From contig JBBISH010000016.1 of assembly GCA_037441385.1 (NCBI GenBank), forward strand, positions 8,700 through 72,699: 64,000 bases of DNA, in the 5' to 3' direction. Made by a program: the position numbers and the translations under genes. Source of the DNA: Myxococcales bacterium. Its GTDB lineage: Bacteria; Myxococcota_A; UBA9042. Positions 31,811-41,629 of the stretch are shown in pieces (positions within the stretch are counted from its first letter, which is position 1; each line of letters begins with the position of its first letter). The notes below the pieces were generated by a model, which saw nothing but the letters and a program-made list of their open reading frames with translations, was not told the origin of the DNA and made no database searches.

Positions 31811-32556
31811 CAGGTCCTCTTCTTCTTCGGCTTTTCGCGCCGAGCCATGCCTTCTTTGAGCTCGGCCGGCTTGCCGGTCCACACAAAGGCGTAGGCGGTA
31901 AAGGTCGCCCGGATGGTCGTGCGGTCGCGCGCCATGTCGGCCATCTCGAACTTCTCGTACAAAATGGCCTCGGGGCTCTTGTTCGTTTCTTGCTTTTTGT
32001 CGCCTTCCACGGGCTTGTGCGCCGAGTCGTAGGCCGCGCGCACCAGACCGGATTCTGGCACCACTGTTTCGACGCTGATGCCCCGGATGTTGATCAGGCG
32101 TCGGCTCATGCCCGCGTACAACCGCAAAAATTCGATGAACTGCTGGACGGTGCCTTCCAACGTCACCTTGATCGGGATGGCGTTGTAGAGGTCTTCGCTC
32201 TCTTCCTGCAGGCGGTCGAAGCGCTTGATGGTCAAGTGGATGTCGGTGGCGTCGGCCTGGACCCCGTCGATGAACTTGGGGATCTCGTCGGCCGAGGGGA
32301 AGCCGGCGCGGCGCCGTTTGTCCTCTTCGACCAGATCGTCCTTCTCTTTGCGCAGCTTGTCCGCCGCCTCGCTACTGGCCGAGGACTTCAGCGCATTGAC
32401 GTCGCGCTCCAGCTTGGTCAACTGCGCGCGCGCTTGATCGGCTTTGCCCAACTCGGGATCGACCAGGCCAAAGTACAGGCCCAGCGCGACGACCACCAGG
32501 ATGCCTGCCAACACCGCGGCCTTTTGGGCGGGCGGCAACTTCATGAACTGTTCCAT
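31810..32556 (-). CDS. pilO: Type IV pilus assembly protein PilO
   Basis: N-terminal TM, coiled coil, PSADEIPKFIDGV, YNAIPIKVTLEGT, RLINI; GGAGGAGG RBS. Confidence 0.88.
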   Translation of the reverse strand: MEQFMKLPPAQKAAVLAGILVVVALGLYFGLVDPELGKADQARAQLTKLERDVNALKSSASSEAADKLRKEKDDLVEEDKRRRAGFPSADEIPKFIDGVQADATDIHLTIKRFDRLQEESEDLYNAIPIKVTLEGTVQQFIEFLRLYAGMSRRLINIRGISVETVVPESGLVRAAYDSAHKPVEGDKKQETNKSPEAILYEKFEMADMARDRTTIRATFTAYAFVWTGKPAELKEGMARREKPKKKRT

Positions 32557-32574
32557 GAGTCCTCCTCCCTTGGG

Positions 32575-33645
32575 TTATTCCGCTGCCGGCATCTTGTCGG
32601 CCGGTGCAGCTGCGGGTGGTGGTTCGGCGGCTTGATGGGCAGCCGGCATGGCCGCTTTGCCGTCGTCGCGCGGCAACTCGTCGGCCTTGGCTTTGCCGGC
32701 CTCGGCCTTGGCGGGCTCGGCTTTGGGCGCTTCGGCCTTGGCGTCCGGCGCAGTCGCCGTGTCGGGCTCGCTGTCTTTGGCCTCGGCCGGCGTGTCCGGC
32801 GCCGACCCGGCATCGATGTCGTCGGCTGCCGTCGCCGCTGCGGGCAGGGGCAGTGCCACCTTGGTGCCGATGACGGCCGCGTCGTCGCCGGTGCTGCCTG
32901 CGTCGGCGGCGCCGCCATCCGTAGAGCCAGCGTCCGCGCCATTGCCCGCAGCAGCGCCTTCTTCGGGTTTGGCCGGATTCAGCGGTTCGATCAGATAGAC
33001 CAGCGAAGCCCGGATCGAGAATTCGACATAGGTGATGCCGATCTGGTCGTCGCGCTTCTTTTCTTGGTAAATCAGCTTGGGTTCGCGGAAGTACGGGCTC
33101 GACTCCAAGCGCCACTGCAGCTCGGCCACGTCTTCGTGCCCCAGCGCGCGGCCCTGGATGGTCACCTCGCCGCCCGACTCGCGGTACGTCGTGACCCACG
33201 CGCGGCGCGCGTCCCAGCCCACGTGCCAACCCGCGGCCTCAAAGGCCACCAGATCGGCCGTGGGCGTCTCGTGTTGCTGGCGCGGCTGCAGGATGAACGA
33301 CAGGTATTGCAGGGCGCCCGCCGGCCCGTCCTTTTCGGCAAACAGCTCGTCGAGCACGGCCTTCTGATCGCGGAGTTTCTTGATCTCTTCGGTGGCCAGC
33401 GCGATCGCCTTCTTGTTCTCTTCCAGCTTGACGAGCTCCAGCTTGCGCCGCTCGAGCTGGGACTTGGCGCGCGTCGCCTCTTCCGCGGCGGTGTTTTGCC
33501 ACAGATAGAAAACGGCCAGTTCCATGACCAAGAACAGCACGAACAGCAAGATGCCGACGTTGGGGATATCGGGCAGGCGCAAGCCCGCGCCGCCCTTGCG
33601 ACTTTTCTTACCGGCGCCGCCACCGATCAGGTTGATGCGAATCAT
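32575..33645 (-). CDS. pilN: Type IV pilus assembly protein PilN with low-complexity C-terminal tail
   Basis: MIRINL motif, TM, coiled coil, VTIQGRA...VAEL...LESSPYF. Confidence 0.9.
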   Translation of the reverse strand: MIRINLIGGGAGKKSRKGGAGLRLPDIPNVGILLFVLFLVMELAVFYLWQNTAAEEATRAKSQLERRKLELVKLEENKKAIALATEEIKKLRDQKAVLDELFAEKDGPAGALQYLSFILQPRQQHETPTADLVAFEAAGWHVGWDARRAWVTTYRESGGEVTIQGRALGHEDVAELQWRLESSPYFREPKLIYQEKKRDDQIGITYVEFSIRASLVYLIEPLNPAKPEEGAAAGNGADAGSTDGGAADAGSTGDDAAVIGTKVALPLPAAATAADDIDAGSAPDTPAEAKDSEPDTATAPDAKAEAPKAEPAKAEAGKAKADELPRDDGKAAMPAAHQAAEPPPAAAPADKMPAAE

Positions 33646-33653
33646 GCCAGCAC

Positions 33654-34709
33654 CTACCGATCTCCCAGCCGGCGCATCGCCAGACCCACCGCCACGCCCG
33701 CCACCGGCGCCATGCGCTGCAGCATTTGGGCGTCGAACTTCTTGGGGTCGACGACGACGTTGTTGAAAGGATTGAGCGCCCGCACCGTGGTGCCCAGGCG
33801 ACGTTCGATGCCTTCGATGAGGCCCGCTTGCACAGCCGCGCCGCCGCACAAGTAGATGGCGGCGATGTCCGAGTTCATGGCCGTGGCGGCAAAGAAATCG
33901 AGCGAGCGCTGGATTTCGTTGATGAGCACCTCGGACACGCGTCCCGAAATGCGCTGCACCTCGCGCAGCACGCCCGACATGGACAGCGTCGTCTCCGACG
34001 TGGTCTTCATGTGCTCGGCTTCGTCCCAGGGCACGGCGAATTGTTTGGCGATTTCGTCTGTGAGCAGGTTGCCGCCTACGGTGATGTCGCGGGTGAACGA
34101 GGTCGTGCCGTCGCTGACGACGTTGATGTTGATGGTCGAGGCGCCCACGTTGACCAGCGCCACCGTCTCGTGCGTCGGCACCGCAAAGTTCAACTCGAAC
34201 GCATTGTAGAGGGCAAAACAGTCGACGTCGACTACCACCGGTTCCAGCTTGCAGGCCCGCACCACGTCGAGCATTTCCTCGATCACCGCCTTCTTGGCGG
34301 CCACCAGCAGCACGTCCATCTGGCCCTGGCCGGCGTGCGGGTTGATGATCTGGTAGTCGACGTTCACATCTTTGATATCAAAGGGGATGTACTGCTCAGC
34401 CTCCCACTGGATCTGTTCGTCCAGCTCGGCCGGCGTCATCTCGGGCAGCGAGATCTTCTTGATGATGACCGAGTGGCCCGACAGCGACACGGCCACGCGC
34501 CGCTCGCGCACCTTGTTGGCCGCGATCAACTCGCCCACGCGCTGCGCCAGCAGCGGAGCGTTGAGGATCACCCCATCCTTGATGGCATCGGGCGGGAGCA
34601 TCATCGTGTCAAAGGCCAGCAGCTGCGCGCCCTTGGATGTCTCCTTGAGGTGGGCGAGCTTGATCGACGACGAGCCGATGTCCAAGCCGACGGCATTTCT
34701 GGTCGCCAT
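33654..34709 (-). CDS. pilM: Type IV pilus assembly protein PilM
   Basis: VGLDIGSSSIK, IQWEAEQYIPF, VLLVAAKK, EIQRSLDFF, VAVGLAMR. Confidence 0.96.
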   Translation of the reverse strand: MATRNAVGLDIGSSSIKLAHLKETSKGAQLLAFDTMMLPPDAIKDGVILNAPLLAQRVGELIAANKVRERRVAVSLSGHSVIIKKISLPEMTPAELDEQIQWEAEQYIPFDIKDVNVDYQIINPHAGQGQMDVLLVAAKKAVIEEMLDVVRACKLEPVVVDVDCFALYNAFELNFAVPTHETVALVNVGASTININVVSDGTTSFTRDITVGGNLLTDEIAKQFAVPWDEAEHMKTTSETTLSMSGVLREVQRISGRVSEVLINEIQRSLDFFAATAMNSDIAAIYLCGGAAVQAGLIEGIERRLGTTVRALNPFNNVVVDPKKFDAQMLQRMAPVAGVAVGLAMRRLGDR

Positions 34710-34833
34710 GCTCGCGCTGCTCCTGCACGGGCCGAAGTGGCCCAAACCCACCGACACGCTTCCGGTATGCCTTTTTGGTATGCCGTTGCGGTGGGAGGTG
34801 CGCCGGGCCTAGCCCAACACACTCCAAGGGGCA

Positions 34834-34862
34834 AGGCTAGAAGGGGTGGCGCAAGCCGTCAA
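34834..34862 (-). promoter_or_regulatory. Putative sigma70 promoter of the pil operon
   Basis: Minus strand TTGACG-17 bp-TAGCCT, about 125 bp upstream of pilM. Confidence 0.6.
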
Positions 34863-35116
34863 GAAAACCAAAGGATCCGTCAGATCCTGTGCGGATCTTG
34901 CCGGCGCCGGCCGCGCGCCATCGCCGGAGCTGGGCAATTCGCTTGCGCGGCGCGCCCTTCCACGAAGCCATGACGCCCACTTCCCGCGGATCCTGGCAGG
35001 CGGACCGGCGGCGCGCTATGCTGCCGGCCCGGCGCCAGTGCGCGCCCAGGGCCATGCCGATGCCGAACCCCGCCGTCAGCCCCACTGCCGCCCATCGTGG
35101 GCAACTCAATGAAGTC

Positions 35117-36415
35117 ATGAACAAAGATTCCGCAATGCCTCAGGTCCGTCCGGCCGCCGGGGTATTTCGTCCGCCCGCGTTGGCCGATTCCGAGGTTTTC
35201 GCGCTGGCGCAGCGTTACCTTACGCCCAATTACAAGAATTCGCCGATCGTTTTCAGCCACGGCGAGGGGCCTTGGAACATCACCAGCGACGGACGCCGCT
35301 TCTTGGACATGAGCGCTGGCGTGGCGGTCAACGCGCTCGGCCACGGCCACCCCGACCTGGTTGCGGCGATCGCCGAGCAATCGGCGCGTTTGGTTCATCA
35401 GTCCAACTATTGGCACAACCAGCACGCGGCGCCGCTCGCCGCCGATTTGTGCCAGCGCTTCGAGAAGGCGGTGCTCGCCGCGACGGGCAAGGTCGAGCAA
35501 GGTCGCATCTTCTTTTGCAATTCTGGCGCAGAAGGCACCGAGGCGGCCATCAAGACCGCGCGCCGTTACCACGCTCGCGTGCTGGGCAAGGCGCGGCCCG
35601 GTATCGTGACCGTCCAGGGCAGCTTCCACGGCCGTACTTACGCGGCCATGACCGCCACCGCCCAGCCCAAGTACCAAGACGGCTTCGAGCCGCTGGTGCC
35701 TGGGTTCCGCTATGCCAAGTTCGGCGATTTGGACAGCATTGCCGCGCAGATCGACGACACGGTCGGCGCCGTGCTCATCGAAGTCGTGCAGGGCGAGGGC
35801 GGCGTGTGTGTGGCGCCTGCCGGTTTCTTCAAGGCGCTGCGCCAACTTTGCGACGATCGCGGCGTGCTGCTGTGCCTGGACGAGGTCCAGACCGGCATTG
35901 GCCGCACCGGCACGTTCTTTGCCTTCGAGCAAGAGGGCATCGCCCCCGACATCGTGTGGCTGGCCAAGGCTCTGGGCGGCGGCATCCCGGTGGGGGCGAT
36001 GATCGCCCGCGAGGCGGTGGCCCAGGCGCTGCAACCTGGTACCCACGCTACGACTTTTGGCGCCAACGCGCTGTGCATGTACGTGGGCCGCGTGGTGCTA
36101 GGCGTCTTGGACCGCGACGATCTGGTGGCCAACGCTGCTGCGATGGGCGAGCTGCTGCTCGGCGAGTTGAAAAAAGCCCTGGGCGACAAGCCCTATGTCG
36201 TCGACATCCGCGGCCGCGGCCTGATGTGTGGGGTGCAGATCCGCGGCGACGTCAAGGCCGTGATCGACGCGGCCCGCAGCATGGGCCTGCTGGTCTCGCT
36301 GGCGGGCAGCGACGTCGTGCGCCTGACGCCGCCGCTGATCATCGGCCCCGAGCACGTGGATTTCGCCGTGTCGCGCTTGCTGGCGGCGGCGGAGCAGGTG
36401 CTCGCTAACGCTTGA
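35117..36415 (+). CDS. argD: Acetylornithine aminotransferase (class III PLP)
   Basis: GVAVNALGHGHP, FFCNSGAEGTEAAIK, SFHGRT, DEVQTGIGRTG, LAKALGGG, GTHATTFG; start 35117 or 35135. Confidence 0.88.
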   Translation: MNKDSAMPQVRPAAGVFRPPALADSEVFALAQRYLTPNYKNSPIVFSHGEGPWNITSDGRRFLDMSAGVAVNALGHGHPDLVAAIAEQSARLVHQSNYWHNQHAAPLAADLCQRFEKAVLAATGKVEQGRIFFCNSGAEGTEAAIKTARRYHARVLGKARPGIVTVQGSFHGRTYAAMTATAQPKYQDGFEPLVPGFRYAKFGDLDSIAAQIDDTVGAVLIEVVQGEGGVCVAPAGFFKALRQLCDDRGVLLCLDEVQTGIGRTGTFFAFEQEGIAPDIVWLAKALGGGIPVGAMIAREAVAQALQPGTHATTFGANALCMYVGRVVLGVLDRDDLVANAAAMGELLLGELKKALGDKPYVVDIRGRGLMCGVQIRGDVKAVIDAARSMGLLVSLAGSDVVRLTPPLIIGPEHVDFAVSRLLAAAEQVLANA

Positions 36416-36487
36416 ACCCTGCGACTGGTCTGCTACCCTATTGCCTCGCCTTGGTGCCTTGATTGGGCACCCCAATCTGGAGTTTTT

Positions 36488-37399
36488 ATGCGCATCCGCT
36501 CCGTGACCACCCTTGCTGTCTTGGTTTCTTCCTTTGTTCTGGCCAGCTGTGCCGACACCGGCGGCGGTGGTGGCGGTGGCGGCGGAACCACGACCGACAC
36601 CTCCACGGGCACGGGCAACGACACGAGCACCAGCACGGGCGGCGACACCAGCACCACCAAGACCGACACCACGTCGCAGGCCGGGACCGAGAAGTCGATC
36701 GTCGACATCCAGAAGGCCTCGGTCGCCTGCAAGGCGGGCGCCGACGGCAAGGAACCGCAGTCGTTTGGCGCAGCTGCGGGTATCACCATTCGCAACGCGG
36801 TGGTCACCTCGCCCGGCAGCAAGGCCAACAAGGATGGCAGCTTGGTCGGCATTTACGTGCAGCAAAAGGGTGGCGGCCAGTTCTCGGGCATCTACGTGAC
36901 CGGCAAGAAAGACAGCGAAGTCGGCCAAGTGGCTCCCGGCGACGTGATCACCATCACCGGCGATGTGAGTGACTACTACTGCTTTACCGAAATCTTTAAC
37001 AAGTTTGCGGTGATCGAGTCGCAGGGCCAAGAAATGCCGATGCCCGTCACCGTCACCACCGACGACATTGGCGACATCGCCGGCAAAGACAAGACCGAGC
37101 CGTACGAAGGCGTGCTGGTTCAGCTGCACGACGTGACCGTGGGCGACGACGCCCTGGGCAGCGATGGCAAGCCGCACGGCGAGCAGTACGTGGGCAAGAC
37201 GGCCGACGACAAGGCGTTGCGCATGGGCTCGACGTTCTTTGGCGTCTACCTGAGCGACAAGAACGCCGACGGCACCTACACTCCCAAGTACCCCAAGGGC
37301 ACCAAGCTGGGCACCGTGACCGGCGTGCTGCAGTACAGCTTTGGCGCCTTTACGTTGGAGATCACCAAGGATCCCGAGAACGTGATCAAGGCGAAATAA
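36488..37399 (+). CDS. Lipoprotein with Gly/Thr linker and OB-fold-like domains
   Basis: VLASC lipobox; IYVQ...FSGIYV, PGDVITITGDVSDYY..TEI, EPYEGVLVQL..VTV, VTGVLQYSFG resemble OB-fold modules of extracellular nucleases; no catalytic domain seen. Confidence 0.7.
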   Translation: MRIRSVTTLAVLVSSFVLASCADTGGGGGGGGGTTTDTSTGTGNDTSTSTGGDTSTTKTDTTSQAGTEKSIVDIQKASVACKAGADGKEPQSFGAAAGITIRNAVVTSPGSKANKDGSLVGIYVQQKGGGQFSGIYVTGKKDSEVGQVAPGDVITITGDVSDYYCFTEIFNKFAVIESQGQEMPMPVTVTTDDIGDIAGKDKTEPYEGVLVQLHDVTVGDDALGSDGKPHGEQYVGKTADDKALRMGSTFFGVYLSDKNADGTYTPKYPKGTKLGTVTGVLQYSFGAFTLEITKDPENVIKAK

Positions 37400-37611
37400 C
37401 GCCGGTAGCCCAAGGGTTGCATGGGCGGCGACGCGGGCGGCGCAGCGAGCGGACCCGTCATACGGAATCCGCCTGAATCGGCTCGAAATCTCCGGCAATT
37501 CCCCGGGCTCGAACCGGGGTCCACGCCTGATTCTCGCTAGTTGCACAACAGGTCAGAGAAGCCATGCAGGCGCGAATCAGGTGGGGTTCGTACTACAACT
37601 GAGGAAAAAGA

Positions 37612-38577
37612 ATGGACAAGAGCAATCTCTATGCCCTGTGCGCCTTGATTGGTGTGGCGGGGTTCGCCGTGGGGCGCTTCGATGCGAACGGTCGCGCCGG
37701 TGGTGCCCCTGCGCCGATGCCGGCCATTGCTCAGCCGGCGGCCGCGCCGGCCGCGGAACCGCCCAAGGCGGCCGAAGCGCCCAAGCCCGCCGAGGCCCCG
37801 CCCAGCCAAGCCGCCCAGGCCCCGGCCGCGGTGGCCGCCAAGCCAAGCGAGCCCAGCAAGCCCAGTCTGCTGGATACCCAGAGCGACGAGGGCGCCGGCA
37901 AGGGCGTCGACGTCGCCAAGGTGGGCGTGTCGCCGCCGGGCATGGCCAGTCCGTACATGGGGCCCAAGGACGCGCTGGTTGTGGTCAACGTGTATTCGGA
38001 TTTCCAGTGCCCGGTGTGCAAGCGGTCGGCCGACCCGATCAAGCAGCTGGCCGCCGACTTCCCCGGCAAGGTCAAGGTCTACTTCCGCAACAACGCCCTG
38101 GCCATGCACGGGCGCAGCAAGCCGGCGGCGCTGGCGGCTTGGGCGGCCAAGAACCAAGGCAAGTTCTGGCAGTACCACGATAAACTGTTCCAGTCCGGCC
38201 AGCTCGACGATGGCAGCCTGGAGCAGGCCGCCAAGGATCTGGGCCTGGACGTCGCCAAGTGGAAGGCCGACATCGCCGACCCCAAGAACGGCGAGCGCCT
38301 GGATCAAGAGGCCAAGTGGGCCGAAAGCATGGGCGCCACCGGCACGCCCGGCTTCTTTGTCAACGGCGTCCGCCAAGTCGGCTGGGGCTCGTACTTGGCG
38401 CTGAAGTCGATCGTGCAGCGCGAGCTGGACAAGGCCGACGAGCTGATCGCCCAGGGTACGCCCAAGAACCAGGTGATTCAGAAGCGGATTGCTGCCATGG
38501 CCAGCCAGAATACCAAGGGCGAGGGCGAGGCCGCCATCAACGGCGAGCTGTGGGTCAAGCAATTGGCCGCCGACTAG
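37612..38577 (+). CDS. DsbA/thioredoxin-family protein
   Basis: YSDFQCPVCKR, QGKFWQYHDKLF, GATGTPGFFVNG. Confidence 0.9.
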   Translation: MDKSNLYALCALIGVAGFAVGRFDANGRAGGAPAPMPAIAQPAAAPAAEPPKAAEAPKPAEAPPSQAAQAPAAVAAKPSEPSKPSLLDTQSDEGAGKGVDVAKVGVSPPGMASPYMGPKDALVVVNVYSDFQCPVCKRSADPIKQLAADFPGKVKVYFRNNALAMHGRSKPAALAAWAAKNQGKFWQYHDKLFQSGQLDDGSLEQAAKDLGLDVAKWKADIADPKNGERLDQEAKWAESMGATGTPGFFVNGVRQVGWGSYLALKSIVQRELDKADELIAQGTPKNQVIQKRIAAMASQNTKGEGEAAINGELWVKQLAAD

Positions 38578-38593
38578 CTCAACGGAGGGTCGT

Positions 38594-39025
38594 ATGCGCT
38601 ATGGCTGGATGATCCTTGCTGTTTTGTGGTCCTCCACTGCCTGGGCCGGCGATGGCGCCGACTCCCCGGCGCAGATCGACAAGTTCACCAAGCAGTTGGC
38701 CAAGATCAAGAAGTGCACGCTGCAAAGCGGCGAGGTCAAATTCGCCCCGGCACCGTGCAAGGCCACGCCCACCCAAGCGAAAGCCCCCAACGGCGCCACG
38801 CTGTGGCAATTCAGCTACAACGGCAAGGCGCAAAAGCTGAGCGGCACGCTGGCGCCAGAGAACGGCAAGGTCACCTTTGCCGGCACGTCCACCTGTTCCG
38901 GCGCCAAGTCCACGGTCTACAACGGCATTCTGGAACGCGACGGCCCTACGGTGTGGTTCGGCACGCTCTCGCCGCAGCCCAAGTCGGCGCTGTGCGGACC
39001 GTTTGAACTCACGCTGGGCAAGTAG
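38594..39025 (+). CDS. Small secreted hypothetical protein
   Basis: GGAGG RBS, signal peptide (..STAWA), four Cys. Confidence 0.7.
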   Translation: MRYGWMILAVLWSSTAWAGDGADSPAQIDKFTKQLAKIKKCTLQSGEVKFAPAPCKATPTQAKAPNGATLWQFSYNGKAQKLSGTLAPENGKVTFAGTSTCSGAKSTVYNGILERDGPTVWFGTLSPQPKSALCGPFELTLGK

Positions 39026-39043
39026 AGCAAAAACAAGCCAAAA

Positions 39044-41629
39044 CTAGCCGGCGCTCGGCGCGAGCACGACCTCGACGCAGTGCTGCGGGTCCAAAAAGTG
39101 CTGGGCTGCAGCCTGCACATCCGCTGCCGTCACGGCCAGCAGCGCCTCGATCTGGCCGCGGTAGGCTTGGCGCCCCAGGCCATACAGCTCGTTCAGGCAC
39201 AGGGTCGCTGCCCGCGACGACCGCCGCTGCAGACCGATGGCAAACGCCCCCACCATCGACTGGCGGGCACGCTGCAACTCCTCTGCACCAATCGGATGTT
39301 GTCGCAACCGGTCCAGCTGGTGGTACAAACCGGTCAGACCCTGCTCCACTTTGTCGGCGCCCGTGCCCAGGTAGACGGCAAAATAGCCCTCGTCTAGGCC
39401 CTCGACGTGCATCGCGCTCACGGCGTAGCCCAGCGACTGCCGATCGCGCAGCTCGATGAACAGCCGCCCCGACTGACCCGACAGCACGGTAGCCAAGATA
39501 TCCAAGGCATAGCGCGACTTGTCGTCCAGCCGTGCCCCCACATACCCCAGAGCCAGGTGGGCCTGCTGCTTGTCCGTCCGGCTGCGGACCTGGATGGGTT
39601 CCCCAGGGCGGGCCACGGGTTGCGATGGCGGCGGCGGCTCGCCTGGGGCGGCGGTCGGCGAATGGGCGACGATGGCCGCGGCCAGTTCGTCTGCGTCGAT
39701 GTCGCCCGAGGCGGCGTAGACCAAGCGACCGGGGGTCAGCCGCCGGCGCAAGTACCCGCGCAACGCGTGCGCCTGCAGGCCGGTGACTGCGGGGATATTG
39801 CCAAGGAGATCCAGCGAGTAAGGATGCCGCCCATACAGCGTCGTCGCCAGTAGGCGCAGGGTCTGGCGGGCCGGCGCGTCGCTCTGGTGGCGCAGGTCTT
39901 CTAGTTGCACGGCGCGCTCTTGCTCCAGGTCCGCTTCCGGCAGATCCGAGGCAAACAGGCAATCAAAGAACACTTCCAGCAGCCGATCCCGCCCCGACGA
40001 TAGCCCCGTGGCCATCAGGCCCAGGGAATTGCGCCCGGCGAACCCAGCGAGTCCGGCGGCCAGGGTCTCGACCTCTTTGGCGATGGCACCCGAGGAACGG
40101 GTCGCGGTGCCGCGGGTCAGCATCTGGCCGCACAAGTACGCGCGGCCGTTGACGTCGGGCGTCTCGTCGCGCAGACCGCCATGCGCCGCCACCCGCAAGC
40201 CCATCAGCGGCACCGAAGGGTCGCGCTGGACGATCAGCACGTCGCCGGTGGGCAGCTCCAAGCGCTCGATGCCGTCGACCAAGTCGCGCAGGCGCCCTGG
40301 GTGCGCCGTCCGCAGCGGCCGCAGCTGATCCTGCAGGGTCTTCCACGTCGCCGGCGCATCGACCTGCCCCGCGCCGTCCTCGCCAGGCAGCTCGACCCAA
40401 GTCAGCTGGTCGGGAGCAAGGTAGCGCTGGGCCACGCGCTGCACGTCGGTGGGCTGCAGTCGGCTGACCGCTTGCACGTAGTGGCGATCCCAGTGCGGAT
40501 CGCCGGTGGCGGTGGCAAAATACCCCAGCGAGTGCGCAAGTCCCTGCACGGTCTCTTGTTTATAGATTGCGTCGGCCAGCACGTTGTGGCGCGCTTTGTC
40601 CAGCTCGGCGCTGTCGACGCCGCGCTCGCGCAAGAGCTGGATCTCGGCCAGGATGGCTTCGCGCGCCGCGGCCAGCCGCTCTGCCGAGGTGAGGGCCGTC
40701 ACCGAGAACAGACCACCCCGCAGCGGAGTCCACGACGCCGCGCCGACATCGTTCACCAACCCATCTTTGCGCTGCACCCGCTGCACCAGTCGCGACGAGT
40801 CGCCTTGGCCCAGCACGATCGCCAGCACGTCCAGCGCGGGCACGTCGCGGTGGTCCAGCGCCGGCACTGGCCAGGCCAGGATCAGCCGCGACTCGGAAAA
40901 CGCCGTGTGCTCGTAGTGGTGCCCAGCGCCCGCGGCGCCCGCGGTCACTGGCTGCGGCGGCGTGGCGGGCTGCGCTGGCAAGTCGGCAAACGCGTGGGCA
41001 ATGGCCGCCAGGGCCTCGTCCGCGTCCACGTCCCCGGCGGCCGTAATCGTAAGGTTCGAGGCCACATAGTGCTGCTCGTAGAACTGCAGCATCGCGTCGC
41101 GCGTCATGGCCCGGACACTGGTCTCGCTGCCCAACACGGGCCGCCCGTACGGGTGGTTGCCAAAAGTGCAGGCGAACAGCCGGCGCCACGCCACCTGCCC
41201 CGGGCTGTCGTCGGCGCGGTGGATTTCCTCCACCACCACCTCGATCTCGCGGGCCAGCTCCTGAGCGTCAAAGGTGCTGTGGCAGACGGCGTCGGCCAAG
41301 GTCTCTAGGCCCTCGCGCCAGGTGCTGGTCGGCATGACCACATGGAAGCAGGTGTGATCCGTGCTGGTCCAGGCGTTGATCTGGCCACCGGCGCGCTCGA
41401 CCGATGCGGCGATCTCGCCCACGCCGCGGAGCGCAGTTCCCTTGAACAGCATGTGCTCGTGCAAGTGCGCCAAGCCGTGCTGCCCGGGCTGCTCGTGGTA
41501 GCTCCCCACGCCCACCCAGACTTGCACGGCCACGACGGGCGCACCCGGCACCGACTGCACCACGGCCCGCAGGCCCGACGCCAAGCGCACATCGCGCACG
41601 CTCTGGCCGGCCGGCTGGTGCGGGCTCAC
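39044..41629 (-). CDS. M16 family zinc peptidase (two-module fusion)
   Basis: GLAHLHEHMLFKGT (HxxEH), NAWTS, HPYGRPVLG; second module with RLFIELRDRQSLGY. Confidence 0.93.
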   Translation of the reverse strand: MSPHQPAGQSVRDVRLASGLRAVVQSVPGAPVVAVQVWVGVGSYHEQPGQHGLAHLHEHMLFKGTALRGVGEIAASVERAGGQINAWTSTDHTCFHVVMPTSTWREGLETLADAVCHSTFDAQELAREIEVVVEEIHRADDSPGQVAWRRLFACTFGNHPYGRPVLGSETSVRAMTRDAMLQFYEQHYVASNLTITAAGDVDADEALAAIAHAFADLPAQPATPPQPVTAGAAGAGHHYEHTAFSESRLILAWPVPALDHRDVPALDVLAIVLGQGDSSRLVQRVQRKDGLVNDVGAASWTPLRGGLFSVTALTSAERLAAAREAILAEIQLLRERGVDSAELDKARHNVLADAIYKQETVQGLAHSLGYFATATGDPHWDRHYVQAVSRLQPTDVQRVAQRYLAPDQLTWVELPGEDGAGQVDAPATWKTLQDQLRPLRTAHPGRLRDLVDGIERLELPTGDVLIVQRDPSVPLMGLRVAAHGGLRDETPDVNGRAYLCGQMLTRGTATRSSGAIAKEVETLAAGLAGFAGRNSLGLMATGLSSGRDRLLEVFFDCLFASDLPEADLEQERAVQLEDLRHQSDAPARQTLRLLATTLYGRHPYSLDLLGNIPAVTGLQAHALRGYLRRRLTPGRLVYAASGDIDADELAAAIVAHSPTAAPGEPPPPSQPVARPGEPIQVRSRTDKQQAHLALGYVGARLDDKSRYALDILATVLSGQSGRLFIELRDRQSLGYAVSAMHVEGLDEGYFAVYLGTGADKVEQGLTGLYHQLDRLRQHPIGAEELQRARQSMVGAFAIGLQRRSSRAATLCLNELYGLGRQAYRGQIEALLAVTAADVQAAAQHFLDPQHCVEVVLAPSAG

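Noticed and set aside
37495..37590. tRNA/tmRNA-like T-arm (minus strand CCCGG-TTCGAGC-CCGGG) and adjacent CCTGATTC/GAATCAGG stem
   Set aside because: No acceptor, D or anticodon arms could be built; probably an ordinary intergenic hairpin, though an Rfam scan is cheap.
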